Below are positions 24,100-39,617 of a DNA stretch of 64,000 nt, piece after piece. The DNA is from Dudresnaya verticillata (taxonomy: Eukaryota). The stretch spans positions 2,294,001 to 2,358,000 of the forward strand of contig OZ374559.1 in assembly GCA_977862235.1 (NCBI GenBank), in the 5' to 3' direction. The notes beneath the pieces are model-generated. The model was not told the DNA's origin. It was given only the letters and a program-made list of their open reading frames with translations, and searched no databases. A program made the position numbers and the translations under genes. Position 1 is the stretch's first letter, and each line of letters opens with the position of its first letter.

Positions 24100-27000
24100 G
24101 CTGAGAGGAGGTAGCGAACAACGGTTGGTAGTTGGTGGTGTAGGTGATGAGTGAACACTGAGCGTGCGAAGCTTGGTGCGTTTGAAAAGTGTTGAAACGC
24201 GTTCTACTGAGGTTGATGGGTCGTATATATACAGGTTTTGGTTTGGGGACTACTCAGCATAGGGACATTGGGATAGGGATAGAATATTGATAGCGGTTGC
24301 GTTGCTGTTTCCTTGTGACAGGCACGGCTGGTATGCTATGAAGCGTTTTTAAGGCTTACAATGCGTATAATGCGTTCCCACGCGTGGCTCGACGGCTTGA
24401 GGGGACTCGGCGCTGGGCACTGGGGCTGCCTCATTACCAGCTCTGTAAACTAAACACAACAGCGCATGTGAGGTGTTGTTGAAGATGTGATGATAGACCA
24501 CGTCCCCCTCCAGAGTCAGTTGTTGTGAATATCATACCCCGCACGCAACATACACTCACTCCTTGAATCGCCACAATGAACGCAATCGACCAAGTTGGAC
24601 AGAAATGAAGCTTGGCTGCAGGACTGACCGCAAATGCCAACACAACAGTGACGAAGATCGTGAGTGCGGGTCAGGCAGTTCGGCACACCAGCAATGACCT
24701 TGGCACTTGTTGTCGCGCTTTCCCATAAGTCACAGCTCTCTGAATTTGTTTTCATTGGATAGGCCTCTGCACCTGTTGCTTTCGGTAGGTACATTGCCGA
24801 GGCCGGAGGTTGGTTGGTCGTCGTCTACTACCACACGAGTTTGCCAGTAGACGTCCGGTAAAATACCCATTACCTGAAGCCACCGCGGTACATCAATTGG
24901 ACAACGGGAGTTGTCTCTCCCATGAACCGGGTGGGGAACGATCATCGCCAACGTGAAGAAGACGAAGAGAGCGTATTAGCCGAGGCAGCGAGGATGGGAA
25001 AAGTTGAGATATACATGTATAGATATGTCTACATCGTCAAGTGAGTGAAGCTTTTAGACTGCCGTGGTTGGGTCCTGACAAGGTGGGGTTCCCCACTTTG
25101 TGCGCACTCCTCGCCGCTGCCCTCGGGGCACGACCACATGCCTTCCTATTGACAATGACGCGTGATGCAGGCGCAGCATTACGGGCGATGTAGAGCGCCG
25201 ATTTTGACTGTTGACCTGAAAGTGCATGAGCTGCTCCTCAGTCATTCCAACAGTTCGTTTGTCTCAACAACCTGGTTATTGAGGTTGCACTCGGATAGGT
25301 GCATGAGTCTGTTGAACAAAATCACCTGCAACTGCAACTCTACAATTCTCTCGCCGAACGATGCCACAATTATTGCTTAACACACTGTGGTCAACTATCG
25401 AAATGAATCCTATCCCTCGATGAGTCACAGACCTTGATACCCATTCGAGCACGACGCAAGTATCAGTTTGTGTGTGTGTATGTGTGTGTTTGATGTTCTC
25501 CTTCGTCTCTAGCAACCAACCCAATTCGCATAAAGGAAGCATCCTGACCATGATTCGATTAGGCAGCTCCGTTTCTTCGGTGTCAGTTTGTGTTCCCTTG
25601 AGGGCAGTCAAGTAAGCACCGGTAGCAGTGAACATACTCAGAAAAAATGTTCACAGTTCCGTCTCAAGTCAGATCGAATGTCTACAGCTCAGCGTTCTAT
25701 TCATTCTATAAGCGAAGAGAGACCAGTACAGAGAAGGGGAGCGTTATCAACATATCAACATATTGTTGCATTTGAATAGGTCTAAAGGGCCCTATGGCAG
25801 AACATCATTCAAGCTGTTCCGGAAGCTGTATTTATGTAGTATTGTTGTGAGTATAGGAAAATATCCTGATAACAAGCTTGCAGCTTTCTACATGAGCAGT
25901 CTGTATGAGTCTGTCGTTTTGTTGCATATATACTCATTTTTACGACCGCTATGACCACGCCCTTAGATTAATGGAGGGTAGCTCGTAACCCTCGCCTGAT
26001 GTTCTCCATACTGCTTCAACTTTAATTGACAGGGCAAACTCGATACCTATTATTGTTATTCGCACGCCTAAACCTGAAGTGTCATTTCTTTGTCTCCCTC
26101 TTTCCATTCGAGGCCTGCGCGAACGGAAGGAGCTCGATTAAGGAAATCCTACTGTGCTGTTATACTGCAAAATCTTATGAGCGAAGGGGCTACAAGGCAC
26201 AACGATCAGCAAGGTAGTCGATCAGATGATGGAACCTCCGCATTTGTCGCTGTTATCATAAACGGAGAGCTCACTCACTTATCATAAACGGAGAGCTCAC
26301 TCGAATTGATTTAGAGTTGCATTTGCCTCGCTGTGATTCATGGCAGTTCTCATCCATTCAGCCCCCTTGAAGGACTGCAGGTTATTCTTTGAGCAAAGTG
26401 TTGTACTACATAACTCATTCATTAATAATAACTGCTTGTGAGAATACAAATCTTGCACTTGTGGTTCCGGCCACGATGGCAAGCAGGAAGGTCTACGGTA
26501 CAACAGGCGCAATAAAATAGAGGTTGTCATTCCCATTCCTCCTCTGCACAGTTTTTGATCCTCTTGTTTAGAGGTTCGAAAGTGCATAAACTGCGAGTAG
26601 AATACTAGGGACTGATAGGATTCCTTGGAAGTGAAACAATTTTCCCGTCTCAAATTCGCCTGTCCGCAGGGCTTTGAACAAAGAGGCTCAAAAGTCTCTT
26701 TACGCATGACGGCCGTGCCTAAACCGCCATTCAAGCCGCATTCAAACCCCGTTCGCCTCCAACCAATGTGTTAACATAAACAGGTCGTACGGTCGTACCA
26801 GCTCCACAGCCAACTCCCTTTTCCTCCGACAATTTTATTTCTCTTTCCAGACTACTCTCAAAGTCCTGGTCGAGTCCTGAGAAGGTAAAGCAAGTCATAG
26901 GGAAGTGGTAATTAGTGGTAAATGTGTTGGAATAAAATAAACGCAAGCAAGCGTCACCTTTATTTCAATCTATGGATCGATCCTAGGAAGGGAACGAATT

Positions 27001-27668
27001 GTTTAATCGGCACTAAACACTACAAGTGGCAGCAAGAAAACAAGCCGGAACTTCAGTTCCGGTATTGTTAGATAGGGCGGTAGGTACTACACGTACCCTA
27101 GAAATACCGTTGAGAACCTGAAGTTTCCTTACTTGTTTCCACCCCCACAACATACCGATATATTATACCACAGTGAAACACTGGATTTACGTCATAGGAT
27201 TGCCATTTGTTTCAACGGCACGTACTATTGCCTATGCACCCCACCTGTCATTCAGCCTGGATACAACGCCCTACGGAACCGCTTTCCTCAAGTTTACAAC
27301 AACTCCTATCGTAAATATGCGGGGTAATCAGTGCAAAGTGCAGTGCAAAGTGCAGTGCGAACCCCCTAACGCAGTGCCCACCAAACAATCCAAGCCACTC
27401 TTTTTTTGCAGCCTACATTCTAAGAACGACATTGCTTTTAAATCCCGCACTCCTACGACACAAGAAAGAAGAAACTGTTGAGACAGAGGCACGTCTATGT
27501 GTAACAATGATCAACTGAACTGAGCAGGTGATAGGTTATCGTCTCTTTATCTTTGCTAGTTCAAAACCAGGCACTATCAAGACTTGTACTTGTCGAGACA
27601 TATTGCCTTCTGTACCATTGGTAGCACTGGTTCTATTCGTACTATTGACGTGGATCGACCTACGTGTT

Positions 27669-28082
27669 CTAACAATAGTAGTAATACCAATAGCAGTAGC
27701 GGTAGCAATAGCACCGGTACGGAGAACAGATACACCTGTAGCGGCAGATAACACGCCTGCAAAGCCCACGAGATGTGGCCTGAAGCGACTGCTTCTCGTT
27801 CACGGTAAGGCTACGAACAAGCTCCTCGTTCTTGCCGGCGCTTTCCTGAAGCATTCTGGTGGAGGTCTTCGTCTTGGAAATGAAACAGCAGGTCTTACCC
27901 ATAGATCCATCGGTCGACAACTCTGAGTTGAATACATGGCAGTGGGAGTATTCGTCCTTGGCACATTCTTTGGCGGCCTTACCCTCGTCGTCGCCTTCAT
28001 GGATTTTGCATGGGCAGTCGGGAGTGGCTGTGGCGACAGCGAAGAGGGCGAGCAAGAGGGCGAGCAAGAAGAACTTGTTCAT
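27669..28082 (-). CDS. Secreted Cys-rich precursor, copy 6
   Basis: Protein identical to copy 1. Confidence 0.9.
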   Translation of the reverse strand: MNKFFLLALLLALFAVATATPDCPCKIHEGDDEGKAAKECAKDEYSHCHVFNSELSTDGSMGKTCCFISKTKTSTRMLQESAGKNEELVRSLTVNEKQSLQATSRGLCRRVICRYRCICSPYRCYCYRYCYWYYYYC

Positions 28083-31000
28083 GCTGAGAGGAGGTAGCGA
28101 ACAACGGTTGGTAGTTGGTGGTGTAGGTGATGAGTGAACACTGAGCGTGCGAAGCTTGGTGCGTTTGAAAAGTGTTGAAACGCGTTCTACTGAGGTTGAT
28201 GGGTCGTATATATACAGGTTTTGGTTTGGGGACTACTCAGCATAGGGACATTGGGATAGGGATAGAATATTGATAGCGGTTGCGTTGCTGTTTCCTTGTG
28301 ACAGGCACGGCTGGTATGCTATGAAGCGTTTTTAAGGCTTACAATGCGTATAATGCGTTCCCACGCGTGGCTCGACGGCTTGAGGGGACTCGGCGCTGGG
28401 CACTGGGGCTGCCTCATTACCAGCTCTGTAAACTAAACACAACAGCGCATGTGAGGTGTTGTTGAAGATGTGATGATAGACCACGTCCCCCTCCAGAGTC
28501 AGTTGTTGTGAATATCATACCCCGCACGCAACATACACTCACTCCTTGAATCGCCACAATGAACGCAATCGACCAAGTTGGACAGAAATGAAGCTTGGCT
28601 GCAGGACTGACCGCAAATGCCAACACAACAGTGACGAAGATCGTGAGTGCGGGTCAGGCAGTTCGGCACACCAGCAATGACCTTGGCACTTGTTGTCGCG
28701 CTTTCCCATAAGTCACAGCTCTCTGAATTTGTTTTCATTGGATAGGCCTCTGCACCTGTTGCTTTCGGTAGGTACATTGCCGAGGCCGGAGGTTGGTTGG
28801 TCGTCGTCTACTACCACACGAGTTTGCCAGTAGACGTCCGGTAAAATACCCATTACCTGAAGCCACCGCGGTACATCAATTGGACAACGGGAGTTGTCTC
28901 TCCCATGAACCGGGTGGGGAACGATCATCGCCAACGTGAAGAAGACGAAGAGAGCGTATTAGCCGAGGCAGCGAGGATGGGAAAAGTTGAGATATACATG
29001 TATAGATATGTCTACATCGTCAAGTGAGTGAAGCTTTTAGACTGCCGTGGTTGGGTCCTGACAAGGTGGGGTTCCCCACTTTGTGCGCACTCCTCGCCGC
29101 TGCCCTCGGGGCACGACCACATGCCTTCCTATTGACAATGACGCGTGATGCAGGCGCAGCATTACGGGCGATGTAGAGCGCCGATTTTGACTGTTGACCT
29201 GAAAGTGCATGAGCTGCTCCTCAGTCATTCCAACAGTTCGTTTGTCTCAACAACCTGGTTATTGAGGTTGCACTCGGATAGGTGCATGAGTCTGTTGAAC
29301 AAAATCACCTGCAACTGCAACTCTACAATTCTCTCGCCGAACGATGCCACAATTATTGCTTAACACACTGTGGTCAACTATCGAAATGAATCCTATCCCT
29401 CGATGAGTCACAGACCTTGATACCCATTCGAGCACGACGCAAGTATCAGTTTGTGTGTGTGTATGTGTGTGTTTGATGTTCTCCTTCGTCTCTAGCAACC
29501 AACCCAATTCGCATAAAGGAAGCATCCTGACCATGATTCGATTAGGCAGCTCCGTTTCTTCGGTGTCAGTTTGTGTTCCCTTGAGGGCAGTCAAGTAAGC
29601 ACCGGTAGCAGTGAACATACTCAGAAAAAATGTTCACAGTTCCGTCTCAAGTCAGATCGAATGTCTACAGCTCAGCGTTCTATTCATTCTATAAGCGAAG
29701 AGAGACCAGTACAGAGAAGGGGAGCGTTATCAACATATCAACATATTGTTGCATTTGAATAGGTCTAAAGGGCCCTATGGCAGAACATCATTCAAGCTGT
29801 TCCGGAAGCTGTATTTATGTAGTATTGTTGTGAGTATAGGAAAATATCCTGATAACAAGCTTGCAGCTTTCTACATGAGCAGTCTGTATGAGTCTGTCGT
29901 TTTGTTGCATATATACTCATTTTTACGACCGCTATGACCACGCCCTTAGATTAATGGAGGGTAGCTCGTAACCCTCGCCTGATGTTCTCCATACTGCTTC
30001 AACTTTAATTGACAGGGCAAACTCGATACCTATTATTGTTATTCGCACGCCTAAACCTGAAGTGTCATTTCTTTGTCTCCCTCTTTCCATTCGAGGCCTG
30101 CGCGAACGGAAGGAGCTCGATTAAGGAAATCCTACTGTGCTGTTATACTGCAAAATCTTATGAGCGAAGGGGCTACAAGGCACAACGATCAGCAAGGTAG
30201 TCGATCAGATGATGGAACCTCCGCATTTGTCGCTGTTATCATAAACGGAGAGCTCACTCACTTATCATAAACGGAGAGCTCACTCGAATTGATTTAGAGT
30301 TGCATTTGCCTCGCTGTGATTCATGGCAGTTCTCATCCATTCAGCCCCCTTGAAGGACTGCAGGTTATTCTTTGAGCAAAGTGTTGTACTACATAACTCA
30401 TTCATTAATAATAACTGCTTGTGAGAATACAAATCTTGCACTTGTGGTTCCGGCCACGATGGCAAGCAGGAAGGTCTACGGTACAACAGGCGCAATAAAA
30501 TAGAGGTTGTCATTCCCATTCCTCCTCTGCACAGTTTTTGATCCTCTTGTTTAGAGGTTCGAAAGTGCATAAACTGCGAGTAGAATACTAGGGACTGATA
30601 GGATTCCTTGGAAGTGAAACAATTTTCCCGTCTCAAATTCGCCTGTCCGCAGGGCTTTGAACAAAGAGGCTCAAAAGTCTCTTTACGCATGACGGCCGTG
30701 CCTAAACCGCCATTCAAGCCGCATTCAAACCCCGTTCGCCTCCAACCAATGTGTTAACATAAACAGGTCGTACGGTCGTACCAGCTCCACAGCCAACTCC
30801 CTTTTCCTCCGACAATTTTATTTCTCTTTCCAGACTACTCTCAAAGTCCTGGTCGAGTCCTGAGAAGGTAAAGCAAGTCATAGGGAAGTGGTAATTAGTG
30901 GTAAATGTGTTGGAATAAAATAAACGCAAGCAAGCGTCACCTTTATTTCAATCTATGGATCGATCCTAGGAAGGGAACGAATTGTTTAATCGGCACTAAA

Positions 31001-31651
31001 CACTACAAGTGGCAGCAAGAAAACAAGCCGGAACTTCAGTTCCGGTATTGTTAGATAGGGCGGTAGGTACTACACGTACCCTAGAAATACCGTTGAGAAC
31101 CTGAAGTTTCCTTACTTGTTTCCACCCCCACAACATACCGATATATTATACCACAGTGAAACACTGGATTTACGTCATAGGATTGCCATTTGTTTCAACG
31201 GCACGTACTATTGCCTATGCACCCCACCTGTCATTCAGCCTGGATACAACGCCCTACGGAACCGCTTTCCTCAAGTTTACAACAACTCCTATCGTAAATA
31301 TGCGGGGTAATCAGTGCAAAGTGCAGTGCAAAGTGCAGTGCGAACCCCCTAACGCAGTGCCCACCAAACAATCCAAGCCACTCTTTTTTTGCAGCCTACA
31401 TTCTAAGAACGACATTGCTTTTAAATCCCGCACTCCTACGACACAAGAAAGAAGAAACTGTTGAGACAGAGGCACGTCTATGTGTAACAATGATCAACTG
31501 AACTGAGCAGGTGATAGGTTATCGTCTCTTTATCTTTGCTAGTTCAAAACCAGGCACTATCAAGACTTGTACTTGTCGAGACATATTGCCTTCTGTACCA
31601 TTGGTAGCACTGGTTCTATTCGTACTATTGACGTGGATCGACCTACGTGTT

Positions 31652-32065
31652 CTAACAATAGTAGTAATACCAATAGCAGTAGCGGTAGCAATAGCACCGG
31701 TACGGAGAACAGATACACCTGTAGCGGCAGATAACACGCCTGCAAAGCCCACGAGATGTGGCCTGAAGCGACTGCTTCTCGTTCACGGTAAGGCTACGAA
31801 CAAGCTCCTCGTTCTTGCCGGCGCTTTCCTGAAGCATTCTGGTGGAGGTCTTCGTCTTGGAAATGAAACAGCAGGTCTTACCCATAGATCCATCGGTCGA
31901 CAACTCTGAGTTGAATACATGGCAGTGGGAGTATTCGTCCTTGGCACATTCTTTGGCGGCCTTACCCTCGTCGTCGCCTTCATGGATTTTGCATGGGCAG
32001 TCGGGAGTGGCTGTGGCGACAGCGAAGAGGGCGAGCAAGAGGGCGAGCAAGAAGAACTTGTTCAT
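31652..32065 (-). CDS. Secreted Cys-rich precursor, copy 7
   Basis: Protein identical to copy 1. Confidence 0.9.
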   Translation of the reverse strand: MNKFFLLALLLALFAVATATPDCPCKIHEGDDEGKAAKECAKDEYSHCHVFNSELSTDGSMGKTCCFISKTKTSTRMLQESAGKNEELVRSLTVNEKQSLQATSRGLCRRVICRYRCICSPYRCYCYRYCYWYYYYC

Positions 32066-35000
32066 GCTGAGAGGAGGTAGCGAACAACGGTTGGTAGTTG
32101 GTGGTGTAGGTGATGAGTGAACACTGAGCGTGCGAAGCTTGGTGCGTTTGAAAAGTGTTGAAACGCGTTCTACTGAGGTTGATGGGTCGTATATATACAG
32201 GTTTTGGTTTGGGGACTACTCAGCATAGGGACATTGGGATAGGGATAGAATATTGATAGCGGTTGCGTTGCTGTTTCCTTGTGACAGGCACGGCTGGTAT
32301 GCTATGAAGCGTTTTTAAGGCTTACAATGCGTATAATGCGTTCCCACGCGTGGCTCGACGGCTTGAGGGGACTCGGCGCTGGGCACTGGGGCTGCCTCAT
32401 TACCAGCTCTGTAAACTAAACACAACAGCGCATGTGAGGTGTTGTTGAAGATGTGATGATAGACCACGTCCCCCTCCAGAGTCAGTTGTTGTGAATATCA
32501 TACCCCGCACGCAACATACACTCACTCCTTGAATCGCCACAATGAACGCAATCGACCAAGTTGGACAGAAATGAAGCTTGGCTGCAGGACTGACCGCAAA
32601 TGCCAACACAACAGTGACGAAGATCGTGAGTGCGGGTCAGGCAGTTCGGCACACCAGCAATGACCTTGGCACTTGTTGTCGCGCTTTCCCATAAGTCACA
32701 GCTCTCTGAATTTGTTTTCATTGGATAGGCCTCTGCACCTGTTGCTTTCGGTAGGTACATTGCCGAGGCCGGAGGTTGGTTGGTCGTCGTCTACTACCAC
32801 ACGAGTTTGCCAGTAGACGTCCGGTAAAATACCCATTACCTGAAGCCACCGCGGTACATCAATTGGACAACGGGAGTTGTCTCTCCCATGAACCGGGTGG
32901 GGAACGATCATCGCCAACGTGAAGAAGACGAAGAGAGCGTATTAGCCGAGGCAGCGAGGATGGGAAAAGTTGAGATATACATGTATAGATATGTCTACAT
33001 CGTCAAGTGAGTGAAGCTTTTAGACTGCCGTGGTTGGGTCCTGACAAGGTGGGGTTCCCCACTTTGTGCGCACTCCTCGCCGCTGCCCTCGGGGCACGAC
33101 CACATGCCTTCCTATTGACAATGACGCGTGATGCAGGCGCAGCATTACGGGCGATGTAGAGCGCCGATTTTGACTGTTGACCTGAAAGTGCATGAGCTGC
33201 TCCTCAGTCATTCCAACAGTTCGTTTGTCTCAACAACCTGGTTATTGAGGTTGCACTCGGATAGGTGCATGAGTCTGTTGAACAAAATCACCTGCAACTG
33301 CAACTCTACAATTCTCTCGCCGAACGATGCCACAATTATTGCTTAACACACTGTGGTCAACTATCGAAATGAATCCTATCCCTCGATGAGTCACAGACCT
33401 TGATACCCATTCGAGCACGACGCAAGTATCAGTTTGTGTGTGTGTATGTGTGTGTTTGATGTTCTCCTTCGTCTCTAGCAACCAACCCAATTCGCATAAA
33501 GGAAGCATCCTGACCATGATTCGATTAGGCAGCTCCGTTTCTTCGGTGTCAGTTTGTGTTCCCTTGAGGGCAGTCAAGTAAGCACCGGTAGCAGTGAACA
33601 TACTCAGAAAAAATGTTCACAGTTCCGTCTCAAGTCAGATCGAATGTCTACAGCTCAGCGTTCTATTCATTCTATAAGCGAAGAGAGACCAGTACAGAGA
33701 AGGGGAGCGTTATCAACATATCAACATATTGTTGCATTTGAATAGGTCTAAAGGGCCCTATGGCAGAACATCATTCAAGCTGTTCCGGAAGCTGTATTTA
33801 TGTAGTATTGTTGTGAGTATAGGAAAATATCCTGATAACAAGCTTGCAGCTTTCTACATGAGCAGTCTGTATGAGTCTGTCGTTTTGTTGCATATATACT
33901 CATTTTTACGACCGCTATGACCACGCCCTTAGATTAATGGAGGGTAGCTCGTAACCCTCGCCTGATGTTCTCCATACTGCTTCAACTTTAATTGACAGGG
34001 CAAACTCGATACCTATTATTGTTATTCGCACGCCTAAACCTGAAGTGTCATTTCTTTGTCTCCCTCTTTCCATTCGAGGCCTGCGCGAACGGAAGGAGCT
34101 CGATTAAGGAAATCCTACTGTGCTGTTATACTGCAAAATCTTATGAGCGAAGGGGCTACAAGGCACAACGATCAGCAAGGTAGTCGATCAGATGATGGAA
34201 CCTCCGCATTTGTCGCTGTTATCATAAACGGAGAGCTCACTCACTTATCATAAACGGAGAGCTCACTCGAATTGATTTAGAGTTGCATTTGCCTCGCTGT
34301 GATTCATGGCAGTTCTCATCCATTCAGCCCCCTTGAAGGACTGCAGGTTATTCTTTGAGCAAAGTGTTGTACTACATAACTCATTCATTAATAATAACTG
34401 CTTGTGAGAATACAAATCTTGCACTTGTGGTTCCGGCCACGATGGCAAGCAGGAAGGTCTACGGTACAACAGGCGCAATAAAATAGAGGTTGTCATTCCC
34501 ATTCCTCCTCTGCACAGTTTTTGATCCTCTTGTTTAGAGGTTCGAAAGTGCATAAACTGCGAGTAGAATACTAGGGACTGATAGGATTCCTTGGAAGTGA
34601 AACAATTTTCCCGTCTCAAATTCGCCTGTCCGCAGGGCTTTGAACAAAGAGGCTCAAAAGTCTCTTTACGCATGACGGCCGTGCCTAAACCGCCATTCAA
34701 GCCGCATTCAAACCCCGTTCGCCTCCAACCAATGTGTTAACATAAACAGGTCGTACGGTCGTACCAGCTCCACAGCCAACTCCCTTTTCCTCCGACAATT
34801 TTATTTCTCTTTCCAGACTACTCTCAAAGTCCTGGTCGAGTCCTGAGAAGGTAAAGCAAGTCATAGGGAAGTGGTAATTAGTGGTAAATGTGTTGGAATA
34901 AAATAAACGCAAGCAAGCGTCACCTTTATTTCAATCTATGGATCGATCCTAGGAAGGGAACGAATTGTTTAATCGGCACTAAACACTACAAGTGGCAGCA

Positions 35001-35634
35001 AGAAAACAAGCCGGAACTTCAGTTCCGGTATTGTTAGATAGGGCGGTAGGTACTACACGTACCCTAGAAATACCGTTGAGAACCTGAAGTTTCCTTACTT
35101 GTTTCCACCCCCACAACATACCGATATATTATACCACAGTGAAACACTGGATTTACGTCATAGGATTGCCATTTGTTTCAACGGCACGTACTATTGCCTA
35201 TGCACCCCACCTGTCATTCAGCCTGGATACAACGCCCTACGGAACCGCTTTCCTCAAGTTTACAACAACTCCTATCGTAAATATGCGGGGTAATCAGTGC
35301 AAAGTGCAGTGCAAAGTGCAGTGCGAACCCCCTAACGCAGTGCCCACCAAACAATCCAAGCCACTCTTTTTTTGCAGCCTACATTCTAAGAACGACATTG
35401 CTTTTAAATCCCGCACTCCTACGACACAAGAAAGAAGAAACTGTTGAGACAGAGGCACGTCTATGTGTAACAATGATCAACTGAACTGAGCAGGTGATAG
35501 GTTATCGTCTCTTTATCTTTGCTAGTTCAAAACCAGGCACTATCAAGACTTGTACTTGTCGAGACATATTGCCTTCTGTACCATTGGTAGCACTGGTTCT
35601 ATTCGTACTATTGACGTGGATCGACCTACGTGTT

Positions 35635-36048
35635 CTAACAATAGTAGTAATACCAATAGCAGTAGCGGTAGCAATAGCACCGGTACGGAGAACAGATACA
35701 CCTGTAGCGGCAGATAACACGCCTGCAAAGCCCACGAGATGTGGCCTGAAGCGACTGCTTCTCGTTCACGGTAAGGCTACGAACAAGCTCCTCGTTCTTG
35801 CCGGCGCTTTCCTGAAGCATTCTGGTGGAGGTCTTCGTCTTGGAAATGAAACAGCAGGTCTTACCCATAGATCCATCGGTCGACAACTCTGAGTTGAATA
35901 CATGGCAGTGGGAGTATTCGTCCTTGGCACATTCTTTGGCGGCCTTACCCTCGTCGTCGCCTTCATGGATTTTGCATGGGCAGTCGGGAGTGGCTGTGGC
36001 GACAGCGAAGAGGGCGAGCAAGAGGGCGAGCAAGAAGAACTTGTTCAT
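35635..36048 (-). CDS. Secreted Cys-rich precursor, copy 8
   Basis: Protein identical to copy 1. Confidence 0.9.
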   Translation of the reverse strand: MNKFFLLALLLALFAVATATPDCPCKIHEGDDEGKAAKECAKDEYSHCHVFNSELSTDGSMGKTCCFISKTKTSTRMLQESAGKNEELVRSLTVNEKQSLQATSRGLCRRVICRYRCICSPYRCYCYRYCYWYYYYC

Positions 36049-39000
36049 GCTGAGAGGAGGTAGCGAACAACGGTTGGTAGTTGGTGGTGTAGGTGATGAG
36101 TGAACACTGAGCGTGCGAAGCTTGGTGCGTTTGAAAAGTGTTGAAACGCGTTCTACTGAGGTTGATGGGTCGTATATATACAGGTTTTGGTTTGGGGACT
36201 ACTCAGCATAGGGACATTGGGATAGGGATAGAATATTGATAGCGGTTGCGTTGCTGTTTCCTTGTGACAGGCACGGCTGGTATGCTATGAAGCGTTTTTA
36301 AGGCTTACAATGCGTATAATGCGTTCCCACGCGTGGCTCGACGGCTTGAGGGGACTCGGCGCTGGGCACTGGGGCTGCCTCATTACCAGCTCTGTAAACT
36401 AAACACAACAGCGCATGTGAGGTGTTGTTGAAGATGTGATGATAGACCACGTCCCCCTCCAGAGTCAGTTGTTGTGAATATCATACCCCGCACGCAACAT
36501 ACACTCACTCCTTGAATCGCCACAATGAACGCAATCGACCAAGTTGGACAGAAATGAAGCTTGGCTGCAGGACTGACCGCAAATGCCAACACAACAGTGA
36601 CGAAGATCGTGAGTGCGGGTCAGGCAGTTCGGCACACCAGCAATGACCTTGGCACTTGTTGTCGCGCTTTCCCATAAGTCACAGCTCTCTGAATTTGTTT
36701 TCATTGGATAGGCCTCTGCACCTGTTGCTTTCGGTAGGTACATTGCCGAGGCCGGAGGTTGGTTGGTCGTCGTCTACTACCACACGAGTTTGCCAGTAGA
36801 CGTCCGGTAAAATACCCATTACCTGAAGCCACCGCGGTACATCAATTGGACAACGGGAGTTGTCTCTCCCATGAACCGGGTGGGGAACGATCATCGCCAA
36901 CGTGAAGAAGACGAAGAGAGCGTATTAGCCGAGGCAGCGAGGATGGGAAAAGTTGAGATATACATGTATAGATATGTCTACATCGTCAAGTGAGTGAAGC
37001 TTTTAGACTGCCGTGGTTGGGTCCTGACAAGGTGGGGTTCCCCACTTTGTGCGCACTCCTCGCCGCTGCCCTCGGGGCACGACCACATGCCTTCCTATTG
37101 ACAATGACGCGTGATGCAGGCGCAGCATTACGGGCGATGTAGAGCGCCGATTTTGACTGTTGACCTGAAAGTGCATGAGCTGCTCCTCAGTCATTCCAAC
37201 AGTTCGTTTGTCTCAACAACCTGGTTATTGAGGTTGCACTCGGATAGGTGCATGAGTCTGTTGAACAAAATCACCTGCAACTGCAACTCTACAATTCTCT
37301 CGCCGAACGATGCCACAATTATTGCTTAACACACTGTGGTCAACTATCGAAATGAATCCTATCCCTCGATGAGTCACAGACCTTGATACCCATTCGAGCA
37401 CGACGCAAGTATCAGTTTGTGTGTGTGTATGTGTGTGTTTGATGTTCTCCTTCGTCTCTAGCAACCAACCCAATTCGCATAAAGGAAGCATCCTGACCAT
37501 GATTCGATTAGGCAGCTCCGTTTCTTCGGTGTCAGTTTGTGTTCCCTTGAGGGCAGTCAAGTAAGCACCGGTAGCAGTGAACATACTCAGAAAAAATGTT
37601 CACAGTTCCGTCTCAAGTCAGATCGAATGTCTACAGCTCAGCGTTCTATTCATTCTATAAGCGAAGAGAGACCAGTACAGAGAAGGGGAGCGTTATCAAC
37701 ATATCAACATATTGTTGCATTTGAATAGGTCTAAAGGGCCCTATGGCAGAACATCATTCAAGCTGTTCCGGAAGCTGTATTTATGTAGTATTGTTGTGAG
37801 TATAGGAAAATATCCTGATAACAAGCTTGCAGCTTTCTACATGAGCAGTCTGTATGAGTCTGTCGTTTTGTTGCATATATACTCATTTTTACGACCGCTA
37901 TGACCACGCCCTTAGATTAATGGAGGGTAGCTCGTAACCCTCGCCTGATGTTCTCCATACTGCTTCAACTTTAATTGACAGGGCAAACTCGATACCTATT
38001 ATTGTTATTCGCACGCCTAAACCTGAAGTGTCATTTCTTTGTCTCCCTCTTTCCATTCGAGGCCTGCGCGAACGGAAGGAGCTCGATTAAGGAAATCCTA
38101 CTGTGCTGTTATACTGCAAAATCTTATGAGCGAAGGGGCTACAAGGCACAACGATCAGCAAGGTAGTCGATCAGATGATGGAACCTCCGCATTTGTCGCT
38201 GTTATCATAAACGGAGAGCTCACTCACTTATCATAAACGGAGAGCTCACTCGAATTGATTTAGAGTTGCATTTGCCTCGCTGTGATTCATGGCAGTTCTC
38301 ATCCATTCAGCCCCCTTGAAGGACTGCAGGTTATTCTTTGAGCAAAGTGTTGTACTACATAACTCATTCATTAATAATAACTGCTTGTGAGAATACAAAT
38401 CTTGCACTTGTGGTTCCGGCCACGATGGCAAGCAGGAAGGTCTACGGTACAACAGGCGCAATAAAATAGAGGTTGTCATTCCCATTCCTCCTCTGCACAG
38501 TTTTTGATCCTCTTGTTTAGAGGTTCGAAAGTGCATAAACTGCGAGTAGAATACTAGGGACTGATAGGATTCCTTGGAAGTGAAACAATTTTCCCGTCTC
38601 AAATTCGCCTGTCCGCAGGGCTTTGAACAAAGAGGCTCAAAAGTCTCTTTACGCATGACGGCCGTGCCTAAACCGCCATTCAAGCCGCATTCAAACCCCG
38701 TTCGCCTCCAACCAATGTGTTAACATAAACAGGTCGTACGGTCGTACCAGCTCCACAGCCAACTCCCTTTTCCTCCGACAATTTTATTTCTCTTTCCAGA
38801 CTACTCTCAAAGTCCTGGTCGAGTCCTGAGAAGGTAAAGCAAGTCATAGGGAAGTGGTAATTAGTGGTAAATGTGTTGGAATAAAATAAACGCAAGCAAG
38901 CGTCACCTTTATTTCAATCTATGGATCGATCCTAGGAAGGGAACGAATTGTTTAATCGGCACTAAACACTACAAGTGGCAGCAAGAAAACAAGCCGGAAC

Positions 39001-39617
39001 TTCAGTTCCGGTATTGTTAGATAGGGCGGTAGGTACTACACGTACCCTAGAAATACCGTTGAGAACCTGAAGTTTCCTTACTTGTTTCCACCCCCACAAC
39101 ATACCGATATATTATACCACAGTGAAACACTGGATTTACGTCATAGGATTGCCATTTGTTTCAACGGCACGTACTATTGCCTATGCACCCCACCTGTCAT
39201 TCAGCCTGGATACAACGCCCTACGGAACCGCTTTCCTCAAGTTTACAACAACTCCTATCGTAAATATGCGGGGTAATCAGTGCAAAGTGCAGTGCAAAGT
39301 GCAGTGCGAACCCCCTAACGCAGTGCCCACCAAACAATCCAAGCCACTCTTTTTTTGCAGCCTACATTCTAAGAACGACATTGCTTTTAAATCCCGCACT
39401 CCTACGACACAAGAAAGAAGAAACTGTTGAGACAGAGGCACGTCTATGTGTAACAATGATCAACTGAACTGAGCAGGTGATAGGTTATCGTCTCTTTATC
39501 TTTGCTAGTTCAAAACCAGGCACTATCAAGACTTGTACTTGTCGAGACATATTGCCTTCTGTACCATTGGTAGCACTGGTTCTATTCGTACTATTGACGT
39601 GGATCGACCTACGTGTT